Origin: Macrostomum lignano
Lineage: Eukaryota
Direction of reading: 5' to 3'
Length of the DNA stretch: 25,462 nt
Assembly: GCA_002269645.1 (NCBI GenBank)
Contig: NIVC01003026.1
Location: 1-25,462 of the forward strand
The notes beneath the pieces are model-generated. The model saw only the letters and a program-made list of their open reading frames with translations, was not told the DNA's origin and did not search any database. Shown piece by piece: positions 8,998 through 19,957 of the stretch. A program made the position numbers and the translations under genes. Position 1 is the stretch's first letter, and each line of letters starts with the position of its first letter.

Positions 8998-9041
8998 CTC
9001 CACGCCGCAAGGCGATAAACGGAGAAGAAGAAGAAGAAGAA
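8998..9041 (+). other. 3'UTR stem-loop with GNRA tetraloop followed by (GAA)6 tail
   Basis: CUCC 8998-9001 / GGAG 9021-24 outer stem; CGCC-GCAA-GGCG 9003-9014; (GAA)6 at 9024-9041. Confidence 0.7.
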
Positions 9042-9408
9042 GACACACTAAGCAGCTGTGATAGACTACATGCCAGTGGTAGTCAAACCTCTCGCACACA
9101 ATCAGGGCGCAACAATTTTTCAATTGTCACCTGTACGGAGGATGGGCACAGCCTCACATTACGGACGCTACAGTGCCTCCGAAAAGCAGATCAATCCACC
9201 TTGCAATTTCGAGACTTTATTACCCCTCGGATTAAAGATTGACCCGCGTAGTCAAATAAAAGTGACTACTCTTAGCAGCTGCCTTGAGCCACAACAGACG
9301 CGAGGTTTGATTACCCCTCGTAGGTCAGCATTTTCAGTCAACTGCTCAACTTTGATTCATCGGTTGAAGCGGGGTTCAATTATCCCTCACTGGTGGCCAT
9401 ACACCAAC

Positions 9409-9712
9409 ACTGCAGACGCTTTAGACAACCCAATGGAGCATGCTCTAGCAAGAGCTAGAATAACGTCTGTCTTAAAAAAAGGCTACCTTAGAACTGGGCC
9501 AGTAGGAGCTTTTGGAACCATGCCACAGCTCCATCTAGACACCCAGCTGCACCAGATAATAGGGTAATCTGATACACTAAGTAACCACGACAGACTACAT
9601 GCCATTGGGAGTCAAACCTCTCCAGCACAATAAGAATGCAATAGTTTGTCGAAGAGCCAACAAAGCTATCACCTGCAGGGAGGGTGGGCACGGCCTCACA
9701 TTACGAGCGCTA
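9409..9712 (+). repeat. Copy 2 of the diverged 0.3-kb direct repeat
   Basis: See copy 1. It lacks about 50 bp that copy 1 has just before the RTE target site. Confidence 0.85.
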
Positions 9713-9734
9713 GCGTTTGCTGATATATGGCACT

Positions 9735-9900
9735 TTACCCCTCGCAGGTCAGCTTAGCAGCTGCCTTGAGTCCCAACAGAAGCGAGGATTGATTATCCAT
9801 CGCAGGTCAGCTTATAAGCTGCCTTGAGCCACAACAGAAGCGAGGATTGATTATCCATCGCAGGTCAGCTTATGAGCTGCCTTGAGCCACAACAGACGCG
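9735..9900. repeat. 58-bp tandem repeat (about 2.8 copies); a further dispersed copy at 9271-9329
   Basis: GCAGGTCAGC recurs at 9744, 9802, 9860. Confidence 0.9.
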
Positions 9901-10612
9901 AAGTCCAGTCTTATCCATAACTTCATCGAGATTCGAGTCAATGGGAGCTGATCCCTGTGGATTTGCCGAATCACTTGATCTAGATCTCTGATGAATTCCG
10001 ACTGAACTCCTGAAATCTCATCCAGAACATTTTCATTTGGAAAACCTGAAATTTGGGTCTACAATTAGAATTTAGCAGTGTTCAAGGTGAAAAATTTCGG
10101 AAAATGCAGCCGGAACAGCTTTCCTTTTTCCCGAACTTTTGCAGGATCACATTTCCGGAAAAAGGGGCTATTCCGGGCTAAAAATGCTGATCCGGGCCTT
10201 CACTTGGAAATCAATTAAATTAGGCCTGGATCACGAAATTCTGAAAAAAATTATGGGTGAAAAGTACAACGGGTTCTTACAGACCGGATAACACAAAGGC
10301 ATCTTTGAGGCATTTTCCATTATCTGGTTTGCAAACCAGATTCGCATCCTGTTATCCGGTAAATTTCAGATTCACACAGGTTTCTTACAGACTAGATAAC
10401 GCACAGTTATTCTGATTTAAATCTTGTACTGTTTTCTGTCTTTCAAACAAGCTTCGCACCATGTTATCCTGTGAAATTCCGATTCAAACAAGATTCGATC
10501 AACCAAGATAACAGAGAATTATCTGGTGGCGAATCTTGTACTGTTATCTGATTTTCAAACAAGATTCGCACCATGTTATCCTGTGAAATTCCGATTCAAA
10601 CAAGATTCAATC

Positions 10613-11560
10613 AACCAAGAAAACAAAAAATTATCTGGTGGCAAATCTTGTCATGTAATCTGATTTCTAAGCAAGATTCCGGCCATGTTATCTGGTGAAA
10701 TTCAGATAACTCACCAGATAACAGTCAAACAAGAAAACAAAAAATTATCTGGTGGCAAATCTTGTCATGTAATCTGATTTCTAAGCAAGATTCCGGCCAT
10801 GTTATCTGGTGAAATTCAGATAACTCACCAGATAACAGTCAAACAAGAAAACAAAAAATTATCTGGTGGCAAATCTTGTCATGTAATCTGATTTCTAAGC
10901 AAGATTCCGGCCATGTTATCTGGTGAAATTCAGATAACTCACCAGATAACAGTCAAACAAGAAAACAAAAAATTATCTGGTGGCAAATCTTGTCATGTAA
11001 TCTGATTTCTAAGCAAGATTCCGGCCATGTTATCTGGTGAAATTCAGATAACTCACCAGATAACAGTCAAACAAGAAAACAAAAAATTATCTGGTGGCAA
11101 ATCTTGTCATGTAATCTGATTTCTAAGCAAGATTCCGGCCATGTTATCTGGTGAAATTCAGATAACTCACCAGATAACAGTCAAACAAGAAAACAAAAAA
11201 TTATCTGGTGGCAAATCTTGTCATGTAATCTGATTTCTAAGCAAGATTCCGGCCATGTTATCTGGTGAAATTCAGATAACTCACCAGATAACAGTCAAAC
11301 AAGAAAACAAAAAATTATCTGGTGGCAAATCTTGTCATGTAATCTGATTTCTAAGCAAGATTCGGGCCATGTTATCTGGTGAAATTCAGATAACTCACCA
11401 GATAACAGTCAAACAAGAAAACAAAAAATTATCTGGTGGCAAATCTTGTCATGTAATCTGATTTCTAAGCAAGATTCGGGCCATGTTATCTGGTGAAATT
11501 CAGATAACTCACCAGATAACAGTCAAATAAGAAAACAAAAAATTACCTGGTGACGAATCT
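10613..11560. repeat. 114-bp subterminal tandem repeat, about 8 copies, preceded by degenerate related copies from about 10260
   Basis: AAACAAGAAAAC-type anchor at 10727, 10841, 10955 ... 11525; rich in CAGATAAC/GTTATCTG shared with the TIR. Confidence 0.96.
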
Positions 11561-11625
11561 GGTGGTTTCACCAGTTTCGCAACTCAAACAAGGAAATCGG
11601 TAGTGAATCTGACAAGATTTGCAAA

Positions 11626-11662
11626 TTATCTTGTGGTGTTATCTGGTTTATTTACCAGAGGG
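11626..11662 (-). repeat. Right terminal inverted repeat
   Basis: TTATCTTGTGGTGTTATCTGGTTTATTTACCAGAGGG is the exact reverse complement of 3105-3141. Confidence 0.95.
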
Positions 11663-12161
11663 GACTGATTGGTAGATTGTGTGGTAGTTGAGTGATTGGT
11701 AGATTTTGTGGTAGTTGAGTGATTGGTAGATTGTGTGGTAGTTGAGTGATTGGTAGATTGTGTGGTAGCAGACTGATTGGTAGATTGTGTGGTAGCAGAC
11801 TGATTGGTAGATTGTGTGGTAGTTGAGTGATTGGTAGATTTTGTGGTAGTTGAGTGATTAATAGATTGTGTGGTAGTTGAGTGATTGGTAGATTGTGTGG
11901 TAGCAGACTGATTGGTAGATTGTGTGGTAGCAGACTGATTGGTAGATTGTGTGGTAGCAGACTGATTGGTAGATTGTGTGGTAGTTGAGTGATTGGTAGA
12001 TTGTGTGGTAGCAGACTGCTTGGTAGATTGTGTGGTAGTTGAGTGATTGGTAGATTGTGTGGTAGTTGAGTGATTGGTAGATTGTGTGGTAGCAGACTGA
12101 TTAGTAGATTGTGTGGTAGTTGAGTGATTGGTAGATTGTGTGGTAGCAGACTGCTTGGTAG
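11663..12161. repeat. 27-bp minisatellite, right arm, about 18 copies
   Basis: Same unit and register as 2678-3104. Confidence 0.97.
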
Positions 12162-12207
12162 GCCGGATATCAGACCAACTGCTTTATTTTCTCTCGGTTG
12201 CACTCAG

Positions 12208-12351
12208 CTGTTTTCGGATAAGCTGCGCAGAGTCAGCACAGGCGGCGGTGACGTAGACACAGCCCAGATGGACCGGCGGGTGCGCAAGTTCTACAAGCAG
12301 CAAGACCGGATGATTGACACCTATCAGAGGATCTACAATGATATTGTTCAG
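12208..12351 (+). CDS. Mn-CDF exon 2 (48 aa, LFSDK...RKFYKQQDRMIDTYQRIYNDIVQ)
   Basis: Acceptor TTGCACTCAG|, donor CAG|GTAAGT, phase 0/0. FYKQQDRMIDTY resembles the conserved pre-TM1 helix of MTP-type CDFs. Confidence 0.9.
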
Positions 12352-12430
12352 GTAAGTTGTGGAACGAAACTGTAACGTTGCGAACCTCCTGAAACTTTCT
12401 GCAAACTCTGGATGTTATTATGGAAGCTTC

Positions 12431-13698
12431 CTGACAATCAGCCCAATTCCGCCCGGACAATCAGCCTGAATCCGCCCTGACAATCAGCCTGAATCCGCCC
12501 GGACAATCAGCCTGAATCCGCCCGGACAATCAGCCTGAATCCGCCCGGACAATCAGCCTGAATCCGCCCTGACAATCAGCCTGAATCCGCCCTGACAATC
12601 AGTCTGAATCCGCACTGACAATCAGCCTGAATCCGCCCTGACAATCAACCTGAATCCGCACTGACAATCAGCCTGAATCCGCCCTGACAATCAGTCTGAA
12701 TCCGCACTGACAATCAGCCTGAATCCGCCCTGACAATCAACCTGAATCCGCACTGACAATCAGCCTGAATCCGCCCTGACAATCAGCCTGAATCCGCCCT
12801 GACAATCAACCTGAATCCGCACTGACAATCAGCCTGAATCCGCCCTGACAATCAGTCTGAATCCGCACTGACAATCAGCCTGAATCCGCCCTGACATTCA
12901 GCCTGAATCCGCACTGACAATCAGCCTGAATCCGCCCTGACAATCAACCTGAATCCGCACTGACAATCAGCCTGAATCCGCCCTGACATTCAGCCTGAAT
13001 CCGCACTGACAATCAGCCTGAATCCGCCCTGACATTCAGCCTGAATCCGCACTGACAATCAGCCTGAATCCGCCCTGACATTCAGCCTGAATCCGCCCTG
13101 ACAATCAGTCTGAATCCGCACTGACAATCAGTCTGAATCCGCACTGACAATCATCCTGAGCCTGAATCCGCCCTGACAATCAGCCCAATTCCGCCCTGAC
13201 AATCAGTCTGAATCCGCACTGACATTCAGTCTGAATCCGCACTGACAATCAGTCTGAATCCGCACTGACATTCAGTCTGAATCCGCACTGACAATCAGTC
13301 TGAATCCGCACTGACATTCAGTCTGAATCCGCACTGACATTCAGCCTGAATTCGCCCTGACATTCAGCCTGAATCCGCACTGACATTCAGTCTGAATCCG
13401 CACTGACAATCAGTCTGAATCCGCACTGACATTCAGCCTGAATTCGCCCTGACATTCAGCCTGAATCCGCACTGACATTCAGTCTGAATCCGCACTGACA
13501 ATCAGTCTGAATCCGCACTGACATTCAGCCTGAATCCGCCCTGACATTCAGCCTGAATCCGCACTGACATTCAGCCTGAATTCGCCCTGACATTCAGCCT
13601 GAATCCGCACTGACATTCAGCCTGAATCCGCCCTGACAATCAGCCTAAATCCGCCCTGACAATCAACCTGAATCCGCACTGACAATCAGCCTGAATCA
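12431..13698. repeat. 23-bp minisatellite (GACAATCAGCCTGAATCCGCCCT and variants), about 55 copies, filling intron 2
   Basis: Period 23 (12433, 12456, 12479); one local irregularity near 13150. Confidence 0.97.
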
Positions 13699-13723
13699 AT
13701 AATCCCCTACTCTCATCCTCAAG

Positions 13724-14204
13724 GCCGATGACCCACCAGTGAGAGGTGAAAACGGCGGCGACCCGGACGCAGTCGATATTGAAGAGTCGGACACGAGGTG
13801 CTCCATTCGGCTTGCCCAGTTGTCATTTTTTATCAACTTAGCATTGGCTATCATCAAAGGCACCGCCATCGCTCTGTCCGGCTCATTATCTGTTGTCTCT
13901 TCGCTAATTGATTCGCTAATTGATCTAGTCAGCGGTATCGTTGTTTGGATCGCTAATCGGCAGGTGAAATCCCGGAATCCTTATTATTATCCGCAGGGCA
14001 AGACTCGCCTGGAACCCATCGCTATTGTCATTCTGGCCGTTATCATGTCCACGTCTACAATTCAGATTATTATTAAAGCTATCGAGTCTATTGTCAATAT
14101 GGCCATGGACACTAAGACTGTAGCCAGCAATGCCAGTTTCTGTTTATGCGACAATGATGCTAATGGTTCCGTGTTCGTCTCCGGACTGGCAGCGGGCCAC
14201 GGTG
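13724..14204 (+). CDS. Mn-CDF exon 3 (TM1-TM3, DSLID motif, YPQGKTRLEP)
   Basis: Acceptor CCTCAAG|GCC, donor GGTG|GTAGGT in phase 1, which gives GAC with exon 4. Motifs SGSLSVVSSLIDSLIDLVSG and YPQGKTRLEPIAI are typical of the CDF/MTP family. Confidence 0.93.
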
Positions 14205-14315
14205 GTAGGTCGCTGACTTGTACGCCTGCATATTTTCTAGAACTGTCTTACGGAAGCGACTAGTGTGTCTCACGTTGTCCAGATGTGTCTTTTCGTGAAT
14301 AGTTCTTGTTTTTGT

Positions 14316-17300
14316 TAGATGGTCCGTGTGTCTCATGGTAGATGGTCCGTGTGTCTCATGGTAGATTATCCGTGTGTCTCATGGTAGATGGTCCGTGTGT
14401 CTCATGGTAGATTATCCGTGTGTCTCACGGTAGATGGTCCGTGTGTCTCATGGTAGATGGTCCGTGTGTCTCATGGTAGATGGTCCGTGTGTCTCATGGT
14501 AGATTATCCGTGTGTCTCATGGTAGATTATCCGTGTGTCTCATGGTAGATTATCCGTGTGTCTCATGGTAGATGGTCCCCGTGTGTCTCATGGTAGATTA
14601 TCCGTGTGTCTCATGGTAGATGGTCCGTGTGTCTCATGGTAGATGGTCCATGTGTCTCATGGTAGATTATCCGTGTGTCTCATGGTAGATTATCCGTGTG
14701 TCTCATGGTAGATTATCCGTGTGTCTCATGGTAGATGGTCCCCGTGTGTCTCATGGTAGATTATCCGTGTGTCTCATGGTAGATTATCCGTGTGTCTCAT
14801 GGTAGATGGTCCGTGTGTCTCATGGTAGATTATCCGTGTGTCTCATGGTAGATGGTCCGTGTGTCTCATGGTAGATTATCCGTGTGTCTCATGGTAGATG
14901 GTCCATGTGTGTCTCATGGTAGATGGTCCATGTGTCTCATGGTAGATGGTCCGTGTGTCTCATGGTAGATTATCCGTGTGTCTCATGGTAGATTATCCGT
15001 GTGTCTCATGGTAGATTATCCGTGTGTCTCATGGTAGATGGTCCCCGTGTGTCTCATGGTAGATGGTCCCCGTGTGTCTCATGGTAGATGGTCCGTGTGT
15101 CTCATGGTAGATTATCCGTGTGTCTCTTGGTAGATTATCCGTGTGTCTCATGGTAGATTATCCGTGTGTCTCATGGTAGATGGTCCCCGTGTGTCTCATG
15201 GTAGATTATCCGTGTGTCTCATGGTAGATTATCCGTGTGTCTCATGGTAGATTATCCGTGTGTCTCATGGTAGATGGTCCGTGTGTCTCATGGTAGATTA
15301 TCCGTGTGTCTCATGGTAGATGGTCCGTGTGTCTCATGGTAGATTATCCGTGTGTCTCATGGTAGATGGTCCATGTGTGTCTCATGGTAGATGGTCCATG
15401 TGTCTCATGGTAGATTATCCGTGTGTCTCATGGTAGATTATCCGTGTGTCTCATGGTAGATGGTCCGTGTGTCTCATGGTAGATGGTCCGTGTGTCTCAT
15501 GGTAGATGGTCCGTGTGTCTCATGGTAGATGGTCCGTGTGTCTCATGGTAGATGGTCCCCGTGTGTCTCATGGTAGATTATCCGTGTGTCTCACGGTAGA
15601 TGGTCCGTGTGTCTCCTGGTAGATTATCCGTGTGTCTCATGATAGATGGTCCCCGTGTGTCTCATGGTAGATGGTCCGTGTGTCTCATGGTAGATTATCC
15701 GTGTGTCTCATGGTAGATGGTCCGTGTGTCTCATGATAGATGGTCCGTGTGTCTCATGGTAGATTATCCGTGTGTCTCATGGTAGATTATCCGTGTGTCT
15801 CATGGTAGATTATCCGTGTGTCTCATGGTAGATTATCCGTGTGTCTCATGGTAGATGGTCCCCGTGTGTCGTATGGTAGATTATCCGTGTGTCTCATGAT
15901 AGATGGTCCCCGTGTGTCTCATGGTAGATGGTCCGTGTGTCTCATGGTAGATTATCCGTGTGTCTCATGGTAGATGGTCCCCGTGTGTCTCATGGTAGAT
16001 TATCCGTGTGTCTCATGGTAGATGGTCCCCGTGTGTCTCATGGTAGATTATCCGTGTGTCTCATGGTAGATGGTCCGTGTGTCTCATGGTAGATTATCCG
16101 TGTGTCTCATGGTAGATTATCCGTGTGTCTCATGGTAGATGGTCCCCGTGTGTCTCATGGTAGATGGTCCGTGTGTCTCATGGTAGATGGTCCGTGTGTC
16201 TCATGGTAGATGGTCCGTGTGTCTCATGATAGATGGTCCGTGTGTCTCCTGGTAGATTATCCGTGTGTCTCATGATAGATGGTCCCCGTGTGTCTCATGG
16301 TAGATGGTCCGTGTGTCTCATGGTAGATGGTCCGTGTGTCTCATGGTAGATGGTCCGTGTGTCTCATGATAGATGGTCCGTGTGTCTCATGGTAGATTAT
16401 CCGTGTGTCTCATGGTAGATTATCCGTGTGTCTCATGGTAGATGGTCCGTGTGTCTCATGGTAGATTATCCGTGTGTCTCATGGTAGATTATCCGTGTGT
16501 CTCATGGTAGATGGTCCCCGTGTGTCTCATGGTAGATGGTCCGTGTGTCTCATGGTAGATTATCCGTGTGTCTCATGGTAGATGGTCCCCGTGTGTCTCA
16601 TGGTAGATTATCCGTGTGTCTCATGGTAGATGGTCCGTGTGTCTCATGGTAGATGGTCCGTGTGTCTCATGGTAGATTATCCGTGTGTCTCATGGTAGAT
16701 GGTCCCCGTGTGTCTCATGGTAGATTATCCGTGTGTCTCATGGTAGATGGTCCGTGTGTCTCATGGTAGATTATCCGTGTGTCTCATGGTAGATTATCCG
16801 TGTGTCTCATGGTAGATGGTCCCCGTGTGTCTCATGGTAGATGGTCCGTGTGTCTCATGGTAGATTATCCGTGTGTCTCATGGTAGATGGTCCGTGTGTC
16901 TCATGGTAGATTATCCGTGTGTCTCATGGTAGATTATCCGTGTGTCTCATGGTAGATGGTCCGTGTGTCTCATGGTAGATGGTCCGTGTGTCTCATGGTA
17001 GATTATCCGTGTGTCTCATGGTAGATTATCCGTGTGTCTCATGGTAGATTATCCGTGTGTCTCATGGTAGATGGTCCGTGTGTCTCATGGTAGATTATCC
17101 GTGTGTCTCATGGTAGATGGTCCGTGTGTCTCATGGTAGATTATCCGTGTGTCTCATGGTAGATGGTCCCCGTGTGTCTCATGGTAGATGGTCCGTGTGT
17201 CTCATGGTAGATTATCCGTGTGTCTCATGGTAGATTATCCGTGTGTCTCTTGGTAGATTATCCGTGTGTCTCATGGTAGATTATCCGTGTGTCTCATGGT

Positions 17301-19914
17301 AGATGGTCCCCGTGTGTCTCATGGTAGATTATCCGTGTGTCTCATGGTAGATGGTCCGTGTGTCTCATGGTAGATTATCCGTGTGTCTCATGGTAGATTA
17401 TCCGTGTGTCTCATGGTAGATGGTCCCCGTGTGTCTCATGGTAGATGGTCCGTGTGTCTCATGGTAGATTATCCGTGTGTCTCATGGTAGATGGTCCCCG
17501 TGTGTCTCATGGTAGATTATCCGTGTGTCTCATGGTAGATGGTCCGTGTGTCTCATGGTAGATTATCCGTGTGTCTCATGGTAGATGGTCCCCGTGTGTC
17601 TCATGGTAGATTATCCGTGTGTCTCACGGTAGATGGTCCGTGTGTCTCCTGGTAGATTATCCGTGTGTCTCATGATAGATGGTCCCCGTGTGTCTCATGG
17701 TAGATGGTCCGTGTGTCTCATGGTAGATTATCCGTGTGTCTCATGGTAGATGGTCCGTGTGTCTCATGATAGATGGTCCGTGTGTCTCATGGTAGATGGT
17801 CCCCGTGTGTCTCATGGTAGATTATCCGTGTGTCTCATGGTAGATTATCCGTGTGTCTCATGGTAGATTATCCGTGTGTCTCATGGTAGATGGTCCCCGT
17901 GTGTCGTATGGTAGATTATCCGTGTGTCTCATGATAGATGGTCCCCGTGTGTCTCATGGTAGATGGTCCGTGTGTCTCATGGTAGATTATCCGTGTGTCT
18001 CATGGTAGATGGTCCCCGTGTGTCTCATGGTAGATTATCCGTGTGTCTCATGGTAGATGGTCCCCGTGTGTCTCATGGTAGATTATCCGTGTGTCTCATG
18101 GTAGATGGTCCGTGTGTCTCATGGTAGATTATCCGTGTGTCTCATGGTAGATTATCCGTGTGTCTCATGGTAGATGGTCCCCGTGTGTCTCATGGTAGAT
18201 GGTCCGTGTGTCTCATGGTAGATTATCCGTGTGTCTCATGATAGATGGTCCCCGTGTGTCTCATGGTAGATGGTCCGTGTGTCTCATGGTAGATTATCCG
18301 TGTGTCTCATGGTAGATGGTCCGTGTGTCTCATGATAGATGGTCCGTGTGTCTCATGGTAGATTATCCGTGTGTCTCATGGTAGATTATCCGTGTGTCTC
18401 ATGGTAGATTATCCGTGTGTCTCATGGTAGATTATCCGTGTGTCTCATGGTAGATGGTCCCCGTGTGTCGTATGGTAGATTATCCGTGTGTCTCATGATA
18501 GATGGTCCCCGTGTGTCTCATGGTAGATGGTCCGTGTGTCTCATGGTAGATTATCCGTGTGTCTCATGGTAGATGGTCCCCGTGTGTCTCATGGTAGATT
18601 ATCCGTGTGTCTCATGGTAGATGGTCCGTGTGTCTCATGGTAGATGGTCCGTGTGTCTCATGGTAGATTATCCGTGTGTCTCATGGTAGATGGTCCCCGT
18701 GTGTCTCATGGTAGATTATCCGTGTGTCTCATGGTAGATGGTCCGTGTGTCTCATGATAGATGGTCCGTGTGTCTCATGGTAGATTATCCGTGTGTCTCA
18801 TGGTAGATTATCCGTGTGTCTCATGGTAGATGGTCCGTGTGTCTCATGGTAGATTATCCGTGTGTCTCATGGTAGATGGTCCGTGTGTCTCATGGTAGAT
18901 TATCCGTGTGTCTCATGGTAGATTATCCGTGTGTCTCATGGTAGATGGTCCCCGTGTGTCTCATGGTAGATGGTCCGTGTGTCTCATGGTAGATGGTCCG
19001 TGTGTCTCATGGTAGATGGTCCCCGTGTGTCTCATGGTAGATTATTCGTGTGTCTCATGGTAGATGGTCCCGTGTGTCTTATGGTAGATTATCCGTGTGT
19101 CTCATGGTAGATGGTCCGTGTGTCTCATGGTAGATTATCCGTGTGTCTCATGGTAGATTATCCGTGTGTCTCATGGTAGATTATCCGTGTGTCTCATGGT
19201 AGATGGTCCGTGTGTCTCATGGTAGATTATCCGTGTGTCTCATGGTAGATTGTCCGTGTGTCTAATGGTAGATTATCCGTGTGTCTCATGGTAGATTATC
19301 CGTGTGTCTCATGGTAGATGGTCCCCGTGTGTCTCATGGTAGATGGTCCGTGTGTCTCATGGTAGATGGTCCGTGTGTCTCATGGTAGATGGTCCCCGTG
19401 TGTCTCATGGTAGATTATCCGTGTGTCTCATGGTAGATGGTCCGTGTGTCTCATGGTAGATTATCCGTGTGTCTCATGGTAGATGGTCCCCGTGTGTCTC
19501 ATGGTAGATTATCCGTGTGTCTCACGGTAGATGGTCCGTGTGTCTCCTGGTAGATTATCCGTGTGTCTCATGGTAGATGGTCCCCGTGTGTCTCATGGTA
19601 GATGGTCCGTGTGTCTCATGGTAGATGGTCCGTGTGTCTCATGGTAGATTATCCGTGTGTCTCATGATAGATGGTCCGTGTGTCGTATGGTAGATTATCC
19701 GTGTGTCTCATGATAGATGGTCCCCGTGTGTCTCATGGTAGATTATCCGTGTGTCTCATGGTAGATTATCCGTGTGTCTCATGGTAGATTATCCGTGTGT
19801 CTCATGGTAGATTATCCGTGTGTCTCATGGTAGATTATTCGTGTGTCTCATGGTAGATGGTCCGTGTGTCTTATGGTAGATGGTCCGTGTGTCTCACGGT
19901 AGATGGTCTGTGTC
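14316..19914. repeat. 23-bp minisatellite (CCGTGTGTCTCATGGTAGAT[TA/GG]T, plus a 25-bp CCCC variant), about 5.6 kb and roughly 240 copies, filling intron 3
   Basis: Period 23 (14349, 14372, 14395); three main unit types plus rare marker variants. Confidence 0.98.
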
Positions 19915-19957
19915 CCATCGACCCGTTTCTAAGCGAATGGTCCTTTGCATTTTGCAG

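Larger units (their letters stand above)
4928..9041 (+). mobile_element. Full-length RTE-type non-LTR retrotransposon, 4114 bp
   Basis: 12-bp TSD, single APE+RT ORF, 53-nt 3'UTR ending in (GAA)6, short overlapping uORF and 5' HDV-like ribozyme fold. These are traits described for the RTE clade; clade not confirmed by phylogeny. Confidence 0.92.
4700..9170 (+). repeat. Copy 1 of a diverged 0.3-kb direct repeat (4700-4927 plus 9054-9170), split by the RTE insertion
   Basis: Shares ordered blocks with 9409-9712: TTAGACAA.CCAATGGAGCATGC, ACTGGGCCAGT, TTTGGAACCATGCCACAG, TCTAGACACCCAGCTG, AGACTACATGCCA, AGTCAAACCTCTC, GCCTCACATTACG. Confidence 0.85.
3105..11662. mobile_element. Non-autonomous TIR DNA transposon (CMC/EnSpm-like by termini), 8558 bp including a nested retroelement
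   Basis: Perfect 37-bp TIRs (3105-3141, 11626-11662) starting CCC and ending GGG; GA duplicated at 3103-3104 and 11663-11664; removal restores the repeat unit GGTAGCAGACTGATTGG; subterminal tandem arrays. No transposase ORF seen. Superfamily is inference. Confidence 0.9.

Noticed and set aside
5073-9046. Many antisense and alternate-frame ORFs within the retroelement
   Set aside because: Shadows of the long purine-rich RT ORF; no motifs.
9058-9567. 169-aa ORF after the RTE
   Set aside because: It runs across two diverged repeat copies whose frames are not conserved, and no motif is recognised.
9750-9790. GCTGCC...GTCCCAA resemblance to a twister ribozyme
   Set aside because: Lacks the P4 stem, the AAGC of L4 and the T1 partner.
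9988-10020. CTGATGA...GAAA as a hammerhead ribozyme core
   Set aside because: No stem II between the motifs and no G-C closing pair.
13739-14263. ORF-track start at 13739 and read-through to the stop at 14263, and TTG start at 19945
   Set aside because: Better explained by splice sites at 13724, 14204 and 19958, which join in frame.
1123-19914. CRISPR-like interpretation of the regular arrays
   Set aside because: No unique spacers, no cas genes, and the context is a eukaryotic spliced gene.
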